A stretch of 64,000 nucleotides of DNA, taken from positions 15,940,770 through 16,004,769 of the forward strand of contig CM119271.1 of assembly GCA_051294375.1 (NCBI GenBank). The letters are read 5' to 3'. This stretch comes from Paraspadella gotoi. Its lineage: Eukaryota; Animalia; Chaetognatha. Within the stretch, counting starts at the first letter, position 1, and each line of letters opens with the position of its first letter. Positions 11,542 through 26,300 of the stretch are shown here, piece after piece. The notes beneath the pieces are model-generated. The model had not been told where the DNA came from and did not search any database. It saw nothing but the letters and a program-made list of their open reading frames with translations. The position numbers and the translations under genes were made by a program.

Positions 11542-13185
11542 AGTCGGATCTGCTTATCAGCAGATCCCGACTCTATAACTCACTTTTTATAACTCACTTT
11601 TTCGGTCCGTCGGTCCGCCCCCTCAATATTGTCGGGCACACTCTTATATCATGTCAGAACATCGAATTATGATAAATTATGCAAAAAAAATGATGTCCGT
11701 CCGTTCCGTCTGTCTCCGTCCGTCCGTCCGTCCGTCCGTCTCCGTCCGTCGTCCGTCCACCTTAGCAAAAAACACCAATAACTCGTGATTGGATGGAGGA
11801 TTGAAAGTGATATATAATATGATGTAGTTTGTGTGGTGTGGAGTGTAGTTGCTGATATTAAGTTTCGATTGAATTCGTCCGAGTGGAAATGAGTTTAAAT
11901 GGAAAAAACAAAAAAAATATATCACTATTTGAACACCAATTGCTCATGAGTGGATGGGCTGATTGACCTGGAATTTTGTATGTGGTAGGAAAGTGTGTGA
12001 TTGAACAGGAAATCAAGTTTCGATGGAATAGTTTGAGTGGAAATGAGTTTAAATGGAAAAAAACAAAAACCTGTTTTACTAATTGATTATGCTTCTTTTC
12101 CTTTTATATTAAATGTATCTGCAGGATGTATTAATAAATCAAATAATTAATCAGTTAATTAATCAATTAGTAAATAAATTAATCAATAATTAATTAATTA
12201 GTCAATCAATCCGTCCATCCGTCCCATCTTAGCAAAAAGCTCCAATAACTCGTGATTGGCTGGTTGGATTGGAATTAAATTTTGTGTGTGGGTAGGAAGT
12301 GTGTGATAAAGCTGGATATAAAATTTTCGATGGAATCGTGTGAGTGGAAATTAGTTTAAATGGAAAAAACATAAGTCGAATTTACTAAAATCTTTTTACT
12401 TATTTTAACCAATAAATACTCCTATTAATCATAATTGGATGGATAGATTGAGTTGAAATTTTGTGTGTGGGTAGGAAAACGTATGACGAAGCTTGATATA
12501 AAGTTTCAGTGGAAACGTACCAGTGGAAATGAGTTTAATGAAAAAAATATGAGTCACATTTACTTGAATCTTTTTATTTATTTTAACCATGATGATTGAG
12601 ATGAAATTTTGTGAGCCGGTAGGAAAGTGAGTGAAGAAGCTAGATATAAAGTTTTGACGGAATGCAAGTTGAAAAAATTATGCAAGTGAAAAAATGATGC
12701 AAGTTAAAAAAATCTTAAAAGCATAAGGATCGTCGCTATTGCATAAAAAGAGAGAGAGAGAGAGAGAAGAGAAGGAAGAGAGAGAGAGAGAGTGAGAGAG
12801 AAAGAGAGAGAGTGAGAGAGAGAGAGAGAGAAGGAGACATAAAATAAAAAAATCTTAAAAGACTCAAGATCGAGCCAGAGCCCACTATCATAGAAAATTA
12901 ATGAAAAAAACCGGGAAAAAAACGAATGAATCATGCCGATAACGAATTGTTGATGTACTAGTAATTGATTGAGGTAATACTAATTGATTGATGTAATAGT
13001 AATTTAATTGATGTAATAGGAATTTGATTATTGATTCGATGATAATCAATTATTGATGCGATGATAGTCATTCACTGCTGTGATGATAGTCATTCAGTGA
13101 TGCGATGATTGTCATTCATTGATGCGATGATTGTCATTCATTGATGCGATGATAGTCAATAAAACAAACAAATGCGTGTATGAGT

Positions 13186-13225
<40 letters not shown>

Positions 13226-14249
13226 AGAGAGAGAGAAAGAAAGAGAAATAAATCCACGAAAATCTCGGATGAAAATATGGATTTTGTATTGAAAAAAACG
13301 CGGAATAAATGGCAAAAATAAAAAGTTTTTAGAAGGAAAAAATAATCAAATTTTTCAAAAAAACAAACGATCACGCAAAAGATCGGACAGATAGGGACAG
13401 ACACACACAGAGAAGACAGAGAGACAGAGAGAGAGAGAGAAAAAGAGAGAGAGAGAGAGACAGCCGCTGCAGAGAAAAAGAGAAAGAGAAAGAGCGATAT
13501 ATAATAATTAAAAGAGAGAGAGAGAGAGAAGCTCTACAGCCCCTTTACTCGTTAAAGAATCAGCAGTACTTATGGCGCCGCACGTAGCGTGAGCTATTCT
13601 CTACCCAAAGGACCCGGGTTCGCGCCCTGTTCGCGGCATCGTTTTTTACATTAGTGAACCACATTATATCTAAAAAAATTTTTGTAAAAAAAAAAAAGAG
13701 AGAGAGAGAGAGAGAAGAGAAAGAAGCTGGACAGACGCTGCAGGCCGGAACTCGTTTTTAGAAGAAGCAGTGACGGAGAAAAAGAGAGAGAGAGAGAGCG
13801 ACATATAATTAAAACGTTTTTGTTTTGGTAAATAAAACATAAACAAATACCAATATTGATATGAAACATGAGAATTTTAAAGATCTTGATGATTAGAAGC
13901 ATATATGAAAATTCAACTCCCTATGATATCACACTTTCAGAAGCCATGATTGCAAAAAAGCGAGACCGAAAGCCTAAACCGAAAAAAATCTAGACAGGAC
14001 GGGCTTTGCCCGCCTGGCTCGATAATAGAAGGATATTTGTTTGTTTTGATAAAATGTAAACAAAAATTTAATAACTGTCCTGACTCAATTTTAAGGACAT
14101 CGATGATGACAAGCTGAATATAAATTATAATTAATCTATTAATTAAATAATTAATTAATCTATTAATTAATTAATTAATCTATTAATTAATTAATCAATT
14201 AATTAATTAATTATCGTAGCAGATCCGACATTGTTTGCTCAAACTTGTT
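11542..14249 (+). mobile_element. Full-length (~2.7 kb) DINE-1/HINE-like non-autonomous Helentron
   Basis: 5' T-run, subTIR AGTCGGATCTGC and its inverted partner, (GTCC)n microsatellite, central repeats, 3' subTIR GCAGATCCGAC and hairpin GTTTG-CT-CAAAC ending in TT. Confidence 0.85.
13562..13650 (+). mobile_element. tRNA-derived (SINE-head-like) segment inside the Helentron-like copy
   Basis: A-box-like TGGCGCCGCACGTAGCG and B-box GGTTCGCGCC at tRNA-like spacing, followed by a T-run. No complete cloverleaf. Confidence 0.5.
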
Positions 14250-14512
14250 ATATATATACTGTACTGAATCTCTCTACTCTCTATATATAGGCATAAGCTC
14301 TTCAAATTCTAAGTTGTAGTTCTTTCAATTGCCTAGGTCTAAAATTGTACCTTTTCTAGGAAAGGTTATTTAAATACTACTTCCGGTTATTTTTCCCTTA
14401 CTTCCGGTTATTTTTACCTTACATCCGGTTTATACAGATGCCCTGTTTTAAAAAAAATATATTTTTTAAATAGTTACTTTAATTTTGAATCATTGTAAGC
14501 AAATTATTTAAT

Positions 14513-15937
14513 AACAAGTTTGAGCAAACAATGTTGGATCTGCCTACGATAATTAATTAATTAATTAATTATTAATTAATTTTTAATTAATTAATTATTA
14601 ATTAATTTATTAATTAATTATTAATTAATTATTAATAAATAAATTATTATTAATTAATTAATTATATTTTAATGTCTCTTTCTCTCTCCTTTTATGCAAT
14701 TGCGACGATTGCTTTTTAAGATTTTTTTAACTTGCATCAATTTTCAACTTGCATCATTTTTTCATTTTGCATCATTTTTTTCAATTTGCATCATTTTTTC
14801 AATTTGCACATTTTTTTCAACTTTCATCATTCTTTCAACTTGCATCATTTTTTCAACTTGCATATTTTTTTAAATTGCATCATTTTTTCACATTAATTAA
14901 TTAATTAATTAATTAAAACATTTATTAGTAATCATTAATTCCATTTAAACTCATTTCCACTTGCACAATTCCGTCAAAATTTATATCTGGCTTCTTCTCA
15001 CACTTTCCTACCGGCTCACAAAATTTCATCTCATCTATCATGGTTAAAATAAATAAAAAGATTCAAGTAAATGTGACTCATATTTTTTATTTAAACTCAT
15101 TTCCACTCGCACGATTCCATCGAAACTTTATATCCAGCTTCATTCACACTGTCCTACCCAACAAAAAATTCATTCCAATCCAACCAGCAATCACGAGTTA
15201 TTGGAGCTTTTGCTAAGGTGGGACGGATGGACGGATTAATTGACTGATTAATTAATTATTGATTAATTGACTAATTTATTAATTAACTGATAAATTATTT
15301 GATTTATTAATACATCCTGCATATACATTTAATATAAAAGGAAAAAGAAGCATAATCAATTTTTTGTTTTTTCCATTTAAACTCATTTCCACTCAAACGA
15401 TTCCATCGAAACTTGTTTTCCTGTTCATCACACACACTTTCCTTCCCACATACAAAATTCTAGGTCAATTGCCCATCCACTCATGAGCAATTAATTAGGC
15501 AATTAGTTAATTAATTTGATTTGAAATGTTTGTTTTAGGTATTTTCGTCACTAACCATGACAAAAGCAATGACGACGATGAGAATAATGCCGATAACGAT
15601 TGACTTGATGATTGATTGAATAATCAAAATATAGATAAATGAATTGATTGATTAAATAATTATTAATAGATACGTAAATAAATTGATTGATTGATAATTA
15701 ATTGATTGATAAAATTGACTGATTAATTAATTATTGATTAATTAACTGATTTTTCTCTTTTAATTATATGTAGCTATCTCTCTCCCTTTTTTCCCAGTGC
15801 TGATTCATCGGGAAAAAAACGAGTCTGCAGAAGGCTTTTTCTCTCTTTTCTCCTGTCTGCTTCTGCTGCTGCCTTTTGATTTTCTTTTTTTTTTCTGGCT
15901 GTCTCTGCTGCTGCCGCTGCTGAATCGTCCGAAACGA

Positions 15938-15991
<54 letters not shown>

Positions 15992-16101
15992 GCGTTTTTG
16001 TTAAAAAAAAATTGAATTTGATTGAACTCGTAAAATTATGCATCGCATTCGTGCATGTTATCATTTTGCTATTGCAACATCAAGTTTTAATTTCCTTTTT
16101 T

Positions 16102-16134
<33 letters not shown>

Positions 16135-16941
16135 AATTATGCAATTGCGACGATCCTTATACTTTTAAGATTTTTCAACTTGCATCATTTTTTCAACTTG
16201 CATAATTTTATTAAATTGCAACATTTTTCCACATTAATTAATTAAAACATTTATTAGTATCATAAATCATAAAGATTCAAGTAAATGTGACTTAGTTTTT
16301 TCAATTTAAACTCATTTCCCTTTCACAATTCCGTCAAAATTTATATCTAGCTGAGTAATGAATTATTGATTAATTAATTGACTAATTGATTAATTAACTG
16401 ATTAATTATTTGATTATTAATACATCCTGCATATACATTTAATATAAAAGGAAAAAGAAGCATAATCAATTAGTGAAACAGGTTTTTTGTTTTTTTTCCA
16501 TTTAAACTCATTTCACTCAAACGATTCCATCGAAACTTGATTTCCTGTTCAATCACACACTTTCCTACCACATATAAAATTCCAGGCCAATCGCCCGCAT
16601 CCACTCATGAGCAATTGGTGTTCAAATAGTGAATTATATTTTTTTGTTTTTTCCATTTAAACAATTTCCACTCGCAACGATTCCCTCGAAACTTCATATA
16701 CATCTCAATCACACACTTCCCTACCCGCACACAAAATTTCATTCCAATCCATCCATGCAATCACGAGTAATTGTTTTTTTGCTAAGGTGGGACGACGGAC
16801 GGACGGACGGACGGACGGACGGACATCAATTTTTTTGCATAATTTATCATAATTCGATGTTCTGACATGATATAAGTTAGTGCCCGACAATATTGAGGGG
16901 GCGGACCGACGGAACGACAAAGTGATTATAGAGTTATAGAG
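14513..16941 (-). mobile_element. DINE-1/HINE-like element, 5' subTIR missing
   Basis: Starts AACAAGTTTGAGCAAACAATGTTGGATCTGC. (GGAC)n at ~16790-16825 and the family core run up to TTATAGAG. Confidence 0.8.
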
Positions 16942-17163
16942 TTAAAAAGTTAACAATAGGGAAAATCATTATTTTTTCTGAGAAAAAAATTTTACAACAC
17001 GAGGAATTGCGCTAATTGACTTTGACGCTTCATTGGTTGATACGCGGTCACATTTTTTTCCAGATGTAAGTTAAAACTTATCTAATATTTATAAATAACG
17101 GGAAACCGAACCGAAAAAGCAAATAAAAAATATATATAAAATAAATAAATCAAAATTATTAAT

Positions 17164-18310
17164 AAACAAGTTTAGCAAACAATGCCGGATCTGCCCACGA
17201 TCATTAGCGGTAATTTAATAATTAATTAATTACATATTGATTAATTAAAAGAAAACAAATTAATTAATTAGAGAAAACAAAGTTTGTTTGTTTGATAACG
17301 ATTTTTATCAAACAAACAAACTTTGTTTTCTCTAACTATTTATATTTTATACACAACGAAAAGAAAGGAAATAATATAAAGATTAACATCGAACATTTAG
17401 GAGCTCAAATGATTTTAACAAAGATGACAACGACGACGAATACAATGACAAAGACGACAACGAAGTCTTTGTACTTTGTGACCCATAGTACAGTAGTGGT
17501 CAATAAGAATGACCTGTTCTTACCCGACCTTGTTATGGCTGACCTTTTTCTCAGCCAATGTAAATACTAGTTGTTGTTGATTAATTGATTGTTAGCTCAA
17601 ACTTGTTTGTTTTTTTGTCTTTTCATTATGACAAAAGAAATGATGACCATGATGATGATTAATTGAATTATTGATTGATCAATTAAATGAAATTCATATC
17701 AGGCCTGTTAGTTTTTAAGTCTTTTTGTCAGGTCACTGATAAGGACAAAAGCAACAATGACGTTGGAGATGACGACAATGATAATACTGACATTGTGTGG
17801 CAGTATATTCACACCGCCTCACGTCCACCATCCTTCAGCCAAAATACATTGGCTCAGAGGGGGAACACACCATCCCAGGCGTAGTGTTCCATCCACAGTC
17901 CTAATGACTTCCCTCTGCGTTGGCAAAGCGAGACCGTCCTAGGGTAACCGCGCCAGTGACTGGAGGCGTCACTGAGGGTCGGAAGCCCCCAAAGCCAACA
18001 GTGAGATGCCCCATCCCAATGGGCATCACAGGCAACCCGGCTGTTGCCATAATTGTTTAATTGATTGATCAATTGATTAATTAATTAACTAGTTTTTTTA
18101 ATAATTTATTGATAAATAAATTTATTAATTAGTTGATTGATAAATTAATTTATTAATTAATTTTTTGATTGATTAGTTGATTGATTGATTAATTAATTGA
18201 TTAATTGAATAATTAATGCAGCTTGTATTTATATTTAATAAAAAAGAAAAAAGCAAATAGGGAAACAGGTTTTTTGTTTTTTCATTTAAAGTAATTTTTA
18301 CTCAAACGAT
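17164..18310 (-). mobile_element. DINE-1/HINE-like 3' fragment hosting a structured repeat
   Basis: Family 3' end at 17164-17195; same subfamily as the 3517 copy (CCCACGATCATTAGCGG). Confidence 0.65.
17796..18051. repeat. ~250-bp GC-rich, multi-hairpin dispersed repeat (solo copy)
   Basis: Reverse complement of the units at 40196-40429 and 40611-40861. Confidence 0.85.
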
Positions 18311-18717
18311 TCTTACAATCTTACAAATCTTACAAGTTTTCATAGTAAAAATTTCACTTATTTGTTAACAAAAAAGATTGTTGAATGAATTACATGTCTA
18401 AAGAGAATATTTTTATAAATAATAACAAATTTAAAATTTCTAAAGGAAGGAAGCGATGTGCACTCGAAACCGAAAGCGATCCGGGCTAAAAAAGTAAGGA
18501 TTGCACCCGAAAACGGGAGCTGGGAGGGGTCTTGGGAAGCGCCGGATTGGAAGCGGCGAAAAATCAATCGCTTCCACATCTGTTTCTTACCCTAAGTTAC
18601 TTCCTAACAATAAGCTCATTCCTTATTCATCCCAAACCATAAATCATCCCTAACCCTAAAATCATCCTTCAGCTTAAACTTATCCCTTAACTGAAACAGA
18701 CACTTTACACTTATATT

Positions 18718-18853
18718 ATATGAAATTGGTACAACCAATATAAAAATTATCCATTCATTTAATAAATAAGATATTTTGCCCCTGACTTTGGACAGGCTTT
18801 GGCAAGATTTCAATCAAGACTCTCTCACAGTCTCGTTTATTCACTCCTAGAGT
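18718..18853. repeat. Dispersed SINE-like repeat
   Basis: ATATGAAATTGGTACAACCAATATAAAAATTATCC..CCCCTGACTTTGGACAGGC is also present at 45117-45305, in diverged form at ~39060-39190, and as a short piece at ~46580. Confidence 0.7.
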
Positions 18854-20393
18854 ATATTTATATTTTTTCGGTAACCATATTTATTATCTTTCATCTAAAT
18901 CTGTTCTATATTTAATTTATTACTCTGCTTTAACTGGCATAATGAATATATAAAAGAAAATCTAATGATAACTATTTTTTAAGAAAAGTATGTTCATCTT
19001 CCTCACCTGAGGATGATGAAAATAACATTGAACTTCCTTTTTCCTCTGAACTCTAGAGCGGTTTGATTTTTTGGAATGCGGATTTTATGCTTCTTAGCCA
19101 AACTGAAGGTCTATTAACTTTGCGGAAGAAGAATTACCTCTCTATTTTAATAATACTACCTGATAATAATTATGGATACTGCTGAGGATGTGAGCCTCAA
19201 AGAAACAGTCAGGTCTTTTGTTCCCTGAAGATGTTGTTCTCCCTTTAATATCTCATGTGAAAATGTTCTCGGGCGGAGAGGCGCTGCGCCTCGGAATAAA
19301 AGAACAAATTCATAGAAAAAGGAGCTGACTTCCTTCACTGCTTTTCGAAAGTCGCGTCAGTTTTGCCAAAATTGGGAATTTTTCACATTTTTATAAAGTT
19401 CGCTATGACCCGAATTTATTTTATGGTTGGTGCACATGTCAAAATATGGAGCAATGTTCGCGCTTCCTTTTGATATATGGTTCACCCTTCTCACTTTTCA
19501 TTTCATTAGTTTTTTTTTGAAAAATATTTTCCTTGCTGGATCCTTTGTTCATTTACTATAGAGAACTAAAGAGCGCAATGGCGCTAAAAGCTGGGGGCAT
19601 CTCATCCTTTCTAATACATGTTAGTTCTTGCAAATGTTGTTCAAAATAATATTTCTGCTGAAAATTTGTTCAGAAAAAAAAATTTCAGAATTTTTTAAAT
19701 ATCTTTATTCTTAAAATTTTAATGCAATTTTTTTTTATGAAGTTAATTGCCATATTAATTTCAAAATTATTACATTTTTAGAAACAAAATTTATTTGCTA
19801 ATTTTTAATAAACTTCGTAAACTATCTTGATGGAAATCAATTGCTACAGGTCACGGGGTTTATATGTTTTTGTAAAATTTTGTTTTATCAAATTCGGATT
19901 TTATATTATTAGTTAAATATTTTTTAGAGATGGCGTAATTTAATTGCATAGAGGAAAGTATACATAAATTTATAAAATTTTTAAAAATATTATAACTAAA
20001 TTTATTGCTGTATTTTTAAATATTTACTAATTTTATTTAGCCAAGAAATGTTTTTTTCTAACAATCGCGATTCAATTTTTAAACTTTCTCCATTTCAGAT
20101 ATTTATTGATTGAGTGAATAATGACGGAGGGACGAACCCTCGGCGTCGAAACTTCTTCGGAAAAAAGTCGCCAAAATTCGTATCTCGATTAAAAACACAA
20201 GAAATAACCCCCCCCCCCAAAAAAAAAACGAAAGAAAAAGAAAAAAAAGGTCGAAAGTTGGAAAGGATTCGCTGAAGACGATGGTGAAATGAAGGAATCG
20301 TAGCCACCAAATAGAAAACGCCCCCCCTCTCTCTCTCTCTCCCTCCCTCTCTTTCTCCCTCCACCCCCCCTCGTTTTGCGACCGTCTCCGACC

Positions 20394-23300
20394 ATGGCCG
20401 ACCCCGGCCTCAACGGCGACGGTCCTCCGTCCAAGCGCGTCAAAGTCCAAGACGCTTCGTCCGACTTCGACACGAAGTCAGGATCCTCGGCGACGACGAC
20501 GACGACGACCTTCGAAGGATTCGGCTCCGTCGTCTCCGCCGAGGAGAACTACGAACTTCCCGACGAACTTCTCGGGGGAGGCGGCGATCCCGGCGCCTCT
20601 TCCCACGGTCCCGGAGTCGTCGGCGGCGGCGCCTCGGTCGCGGGAGTCAGCGGCGGCGGAATGTCCGTCGGCGGCGTCGCCTCCGTCGCCGGCATCAACG
20701 TCAATCCCGCCATCTCGATCCAGCAGACGGGAGGAAACCAGCTGCAGCAGCAGCAGCCGATGCCCGGTCAAATGCTCCAAAACAAGTTGGCCCCCGGAGG
20801 AAAGACCGTCTTGATCCAGCAAGGCATCCAGGGCCAACAGATCTTCGGCGTCAGCCAAGGAAATCCTAACAATCCACATCCGGGGGGCGTCAACCCGCGA
20901 CTCCCCAACACCACTCAGCAGATTCGCGTTCAGATGGGAAGTCCTCAGCATCCCATGGGAATGAGCGGAATCAATCCGGGAACTCACATGAATCAAGCGC
21001 AGTTGCAGACGGCTCTTCAGAACAAGCAGGGCCTCGCCATGAACAGCATGACGACCCAACAGAACATCGTTCAGGCGGCACCACCTCCTCAAGGGAACAT
21101 CGTGCGACTCTCGACGAGCGACGCCGGCTCCATGGGCGGCCTCCGTCCCAATACGACGACGATGTTAAACGGGCCGCAAAGTGGCCACATCGGTGGCATC
21201 GCCGGCCCGGGCGGCGTCGTCCAAATGGGTATGGGTGCCAGAGGAATCGGCCCCATGAGCATCAATGCCCGGATGATGAACGGCGGCCATCCAACGCTGT
21301 CCATGAGCAATCCCAACGGCCCCAACATGCAGAGGGTTCCCGTGAGCGGAACTCTGGTCCAGAACTCCCAGGGCATGATGGTTATGAGCGCTCAAAACGT
21401 CCAGACCGGCGGACAAATGCTGATGCAAGGGGTTCAGGGCCAATTCAGACCCAACGGCCAAATGCTGAACTACGGGAACTTCAACGCCATGCAACCGCAG
21501 CAGATCGGAATGGCGCCGAATCAAGTCCTGCTAGCCAATAATAATATGAGACAACCCGGTCCCATGCAGATTCAGTCGCAACCTGCCATGAACATTCAGG
21601 GACAGATGGGGACCCCTGTCGCGCCGCAGTTGATCCATGGAAATCAGCCGGTTATGAACACGGCCGGAAACATGATTTCTAACATGCCTCCCAACTCGTC
21701 CACTGGGAACCCGCCAGGGCAGACAGGTAAATCCGTGACTAAACCTTTTTATTCACCAAACTTTTTTTTTTCCTGATAAGGTTGTAATTATTTTAATAAT
21801 AATTTACTAAATTCAATGATTTTCTGACCGGTTTTGTCGGAGTGTGGGTATGAGTTTTTCAATGTATCTTTTGTAGAGATATGTCCACCTTTTTCCCCTA
21901 TTTATTTGTTTTCCATTTTTATGGGCATACGGAAAGTGTTCATACATCTTTAGATTAGTTTAAAATGGATTTAAGATGTTTAACATTACGTAAATTTTTT
22001 TTTCCAAGTTGATTCATTTTGTAATACAGTACAGGAAACCTAGAATGTCGTAAGTCTGTACATGGAATAACTTTTCCATTTACGACGACAATAATGCCGA
22101 TAAAGATTGACTTGATTGATTGATTAAATAATTAATTTATAAATAAATTGATTGTTTGAATAATTAATTGATTGATTAATTATTTATTAATTAATTGATT
22201 GATTAATTAATACATCATGCATTTACATTTAATATAAAAAAAAGCATAGTCAATTAGTGAAACAGGTTTTTTGTTTTTTCCATTTAAACTTATTTCCACT
22301 CAGACGATTCCATCGAAACTTGATTTCCAGCTTAATCACACACTTTCCTACCCACATACAAAATTTCATTTTTTTAAATTTTTTTTTTTGCATAATTTAT
22401 CATAATTCGAGTTTCTGATATTGATAAAAATGATTTACCGACAAGATTTTGGGGTGGGACCGACGGACCGACAAAGTGAATTATAGAGTCGGAATCTGCA
22501 GATCCGACTAAAAAGTCATGATTGTCAAGTCACTATGTCCAGATTATCTGTACCTTTCATTCCACCTGTATTCCGAATTTTTTTTTTTAGTCGGATCTGC
22601 TTATCAGCAGATTCTGACTCTGTAATTCACTTTGTCGGTCCCACCCCAAAATATTGTTGGTAAATCATTAAATCATAAATCATATCAGAACCTCAAATTA
22701 TGATAAATTATGCAAAAAAAGTCCGACTTGTCCGTCCATTCGTCCATCCGTCTGTCCGTCCCCCCTTAGCAAAAAACTCCAATTACTCGTGATTGGATGG
22801 ATGGATTGGTATGAAATTTTGTGTGTGGGTAGGAAAATGTGAGATTGAGATGGATATGAATTTTCGAGTGGAAATTCGTTTAAATGGAAAAAACAAAAAA
22901 AATCTATTTCACTATTTGAACGCCAATTGCTCATGAGTGGATAGGGCAATTGACTTGAAATTTTGTATGATAATAGGAATGTGTGAGATTTAGCTTGATA
23001 TAAAGTTTCGATGGAATCGTGCAAGAGGGAATGAGTTTAAATGGAAAAAATAAAAGTCATATTTACTTGAAGTATTTTTACTTAAATTTATTCATAATTA
23101 TTATGTTTATTAAAAATTGGATAGATAAATTGAAATGGAATTTTGTGTGTGGGTAGGAATGTATGTGATAAAGCTGGATATAAATTTTGTGACCAAATTC
23201 TGCAAGTTTACCAAATTCTGCAAATTGACCAAATTCTGCAAGTTGACCAAGTTAGCTTATTACCACTTAATTATCGTAGGCAGATCCGACATTGTTTGCT

Positions 23301-26300
23301 CAAACTTGTTCCTCTTTCAAATGTATTAAATAAAAAAAAATATTTGAAAGAGCGATTGGCATGGAGGCTGCCATATGTAGGCCTTAGTTATCCTTATTCA
23401 AGATAAAATTTTTAAACGAGGTTTTTTCCCCCCATCTATTTGAGACATGACACCAACTATTGGTACTATTAATGTCTTATTTTTTAAATTCTATTTTGCG
23501 TAATCAGAGAAACGTTTAGCGTGCTCTAAAAATATGATAAAAAAGAGTAAAAATGTTCTAACAAATTTAAAAATCGACAGAGGAATCTACGATAATATTT
23601 CTTTGGACATGTCACGACCACAAAATATAAACAACTCTTGACCTAATTACTAAGTATTGAAACAAAACTATCATAGTCGCATTTTTATCGTCGCAATCGC
23701 TAAGCGTTTGCGACTATATTGTAACGCTTTTGCGCATAACTGGCGTCGTTGTTGTCGGCGTTCCAAATTATAAATCGCCTTTTTTATGATTAAATTTGGG
23801 TGTATGAAGCTGAAAATTTATATACAGTTTCTCATCATCGATGTGCTTAAAATTGAGTCTGGACAGTTATTAAATATGTTTTGTTTACGTTTTATCAAAA
23901 GAAACAAATTTTCTTTCTTTTATTTTCATATTTCTTTCTCTCTCTCTTTTCTCTTTTAATTACATGTCTCTCTCCCTCTCTTTTTTCCCTAGTCACTGAT
24001 TCATAATAGAAATCTACTATGAAATTAAATTCAATAGGGGCGGGGGTTCAAAACTTTAGTTTTGAAGTCTACTTTTAGGTAAAAAAAGAATTTTTTAAAA
24101 AAGTTCGATTTTATTGCTTTTATTGTTGCTATTAAAATTACAATATTACTATATAATGATAAAAAATTTTTTTAATCAATCTTAACTTTTTTTGATGGAT
24201 TCTGATAGAGCATAAAAAGTTAAATAAAAAAATTAACTACAACTTTCGAAAATATTTATGTTTTCTTGGTCAAAAGTAAGAAAAAGTAATAAAATTATCG
24301 AAAAATGATGATGATGATGATGATTATAAATAGTTTTTCATATTTTTCACATACTTATGATCAAAATATCGAAAAAAGAATTATACTTTGTGTAGACAAC
24401 TTTTTGCAAGCTACCTGAATCTGATCTTAAAAATAAAAAAAAACCAAAAAAAATTTTTAGCCTTTCCTATTTATAAATAAATATTAAAAAATTAATATAT
24501 GGAATATGGAGTAATATAAAAAGATTTTGTCTAATCAAATTTTTTTAAAAATGTCATTTACCAATAATACAATTCGTTGATAAAAACAAATAAATTGTTT
24601 TTTCTCCTAAACTTTAAAAATGTCTAAATTTTCGTTTGAGTAGGTGCTTAATTCAATTTCTTAACCTCCTTATTGAGTTAGTCTCATAGAATCATAATCA
24701 TAGGGAAAAAAACGAGTCTGCAGCTGGCTCTGCAGGGGCTTATTCTTTTTCTCTCTTTTCTCCTGCTGCTTCTGCTGCTGCCTTTTGAGTCTGCCGCTGG
24801 CTCTGTAGTGGCTCTTCATTTTTCTCTCTTTTCTCCTGCTGCTTCTGCTGCTGCCTTTTGATTTCTTTCTTTTTTTTTCTCTCTCTCTCTCTCTCTGCGT
24901 TTTTATTAAAAAAAATTGAATTATTAGGCATCGCATTCGTGCATGTTATCATTTTGCTATCGCAACATCGGTTTTTTATTCTGTTTTTTTTCTTAGGGAC
25001 TGCGTCTTCTGATCAGTTAATTTTTTGACAATGAAATTTCTTTTATTCAGAAACTGTAACTTTAATTTTCTTCCGTACTTTATTATTTTTTTTAATTGAC
25101 AATCGCAAAATATAATTTTTCTTTGTTTATAATTTAATTTTCTTTTCTCAAATTTTATTTTTTTAATAACAAAATTTGTCGTCAATCCAGATTTTTCTTA
25201 TGCGATTGCGACGATCTTTATGCTTTTAAGATTTTTTATTAAGGTTTAAAAAGTAGTGTTTTTTTTCAATTTTTGAGCACATTGGAAAGAATTATCTCAG
25301 CTATGGAACATTAAATTTTGTAAAAAAATTATATCTTTAAAAGCCTTGAGTTGCCCTCTCTTCAATAATGTCCACTTTAAAAAAGTGTGCAGAATGCTTA
25401 TGAAAATTATAATTTTTACGAATATTTAAAAAATATTAAAAATATTTAAAATTCATTAAATATTAGGTTTGATGGAGTATTTGTAAAGGTTTGATGATAT
25501 ACTATCTATGTACCAATAATTGTAAAAAAAGAATCTTTTAGGTAAAAAAAATTAACAATTTTAAAAATGTTAAAGGCAAAGAAAAACATATTTTTAGTAG
25601 GATTGATAATTGAATTTTGTCAAAACAAGTTTGAGCAAACAATGTCGGATCTGCCTACGATAATTAATTAATTAATTAATAGATTAATTAATTTTAATAA
25701 TTAATTATAATTTATATTCAGCTTGTCATCATCGATGTCCTTAAAATTGAGTCAGGACAGTTATTAAATGTTTTGTTTACATTTTATCAAAACAAACAAA
25801 TATCCTCTATTTTATTTTGTCTCCCTCTCTCTCTCTCTCACTTTCTCTCTCTCTCTCTCTTCTCTCTCTCTCTATTTTTATGCAATTGCGACGATCCTTA
25901 TGCTTTTAAGATTTTTTTAACTTGCATAATTTTTCAACTTGCATAATTTTTTCAACTTGCATTCCGTCAAAACTTTATATCTAGCTTCTTCACTCACTTT
26001 CCTACCAGCTCACAAAATTTCATCTCAATCTATCATGGGTTAAAATAAATAAAAAGATTCAAGTAAATGTGACTCATATTTTTTCATTTAAACTCATTTC
26101 CACTGGTACGTTTCCACCAAAACTTTATATCAAGCTTCGTCACACATTTTCCTAACCACACACAAAATTTCAACTCAATCTATTCATCCAATTATGATTA
26201 ATTAGAGTATTTATTGGTAAAAATAAGTAAAAAGATTTTAGTAAATGCGACTTATGTTTTTTCCATTTAAACTAATTTCCACACACGATTCCATCGAAAC

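Noticed and set aside
13562-13650. Functional tRNA gene
   Set aside because: No convincing acceptor stem or D-arm; retained only as a tRNA-derived segment.
20478-21524. Antisense ORFs over CBP exon 1 (likewise 49062-51395 over WDR20 and 32992-33483 over CBP exon 2)
   Set aside because: Shadow ORFs caused by the codon bias and low complexity of the sense gene.
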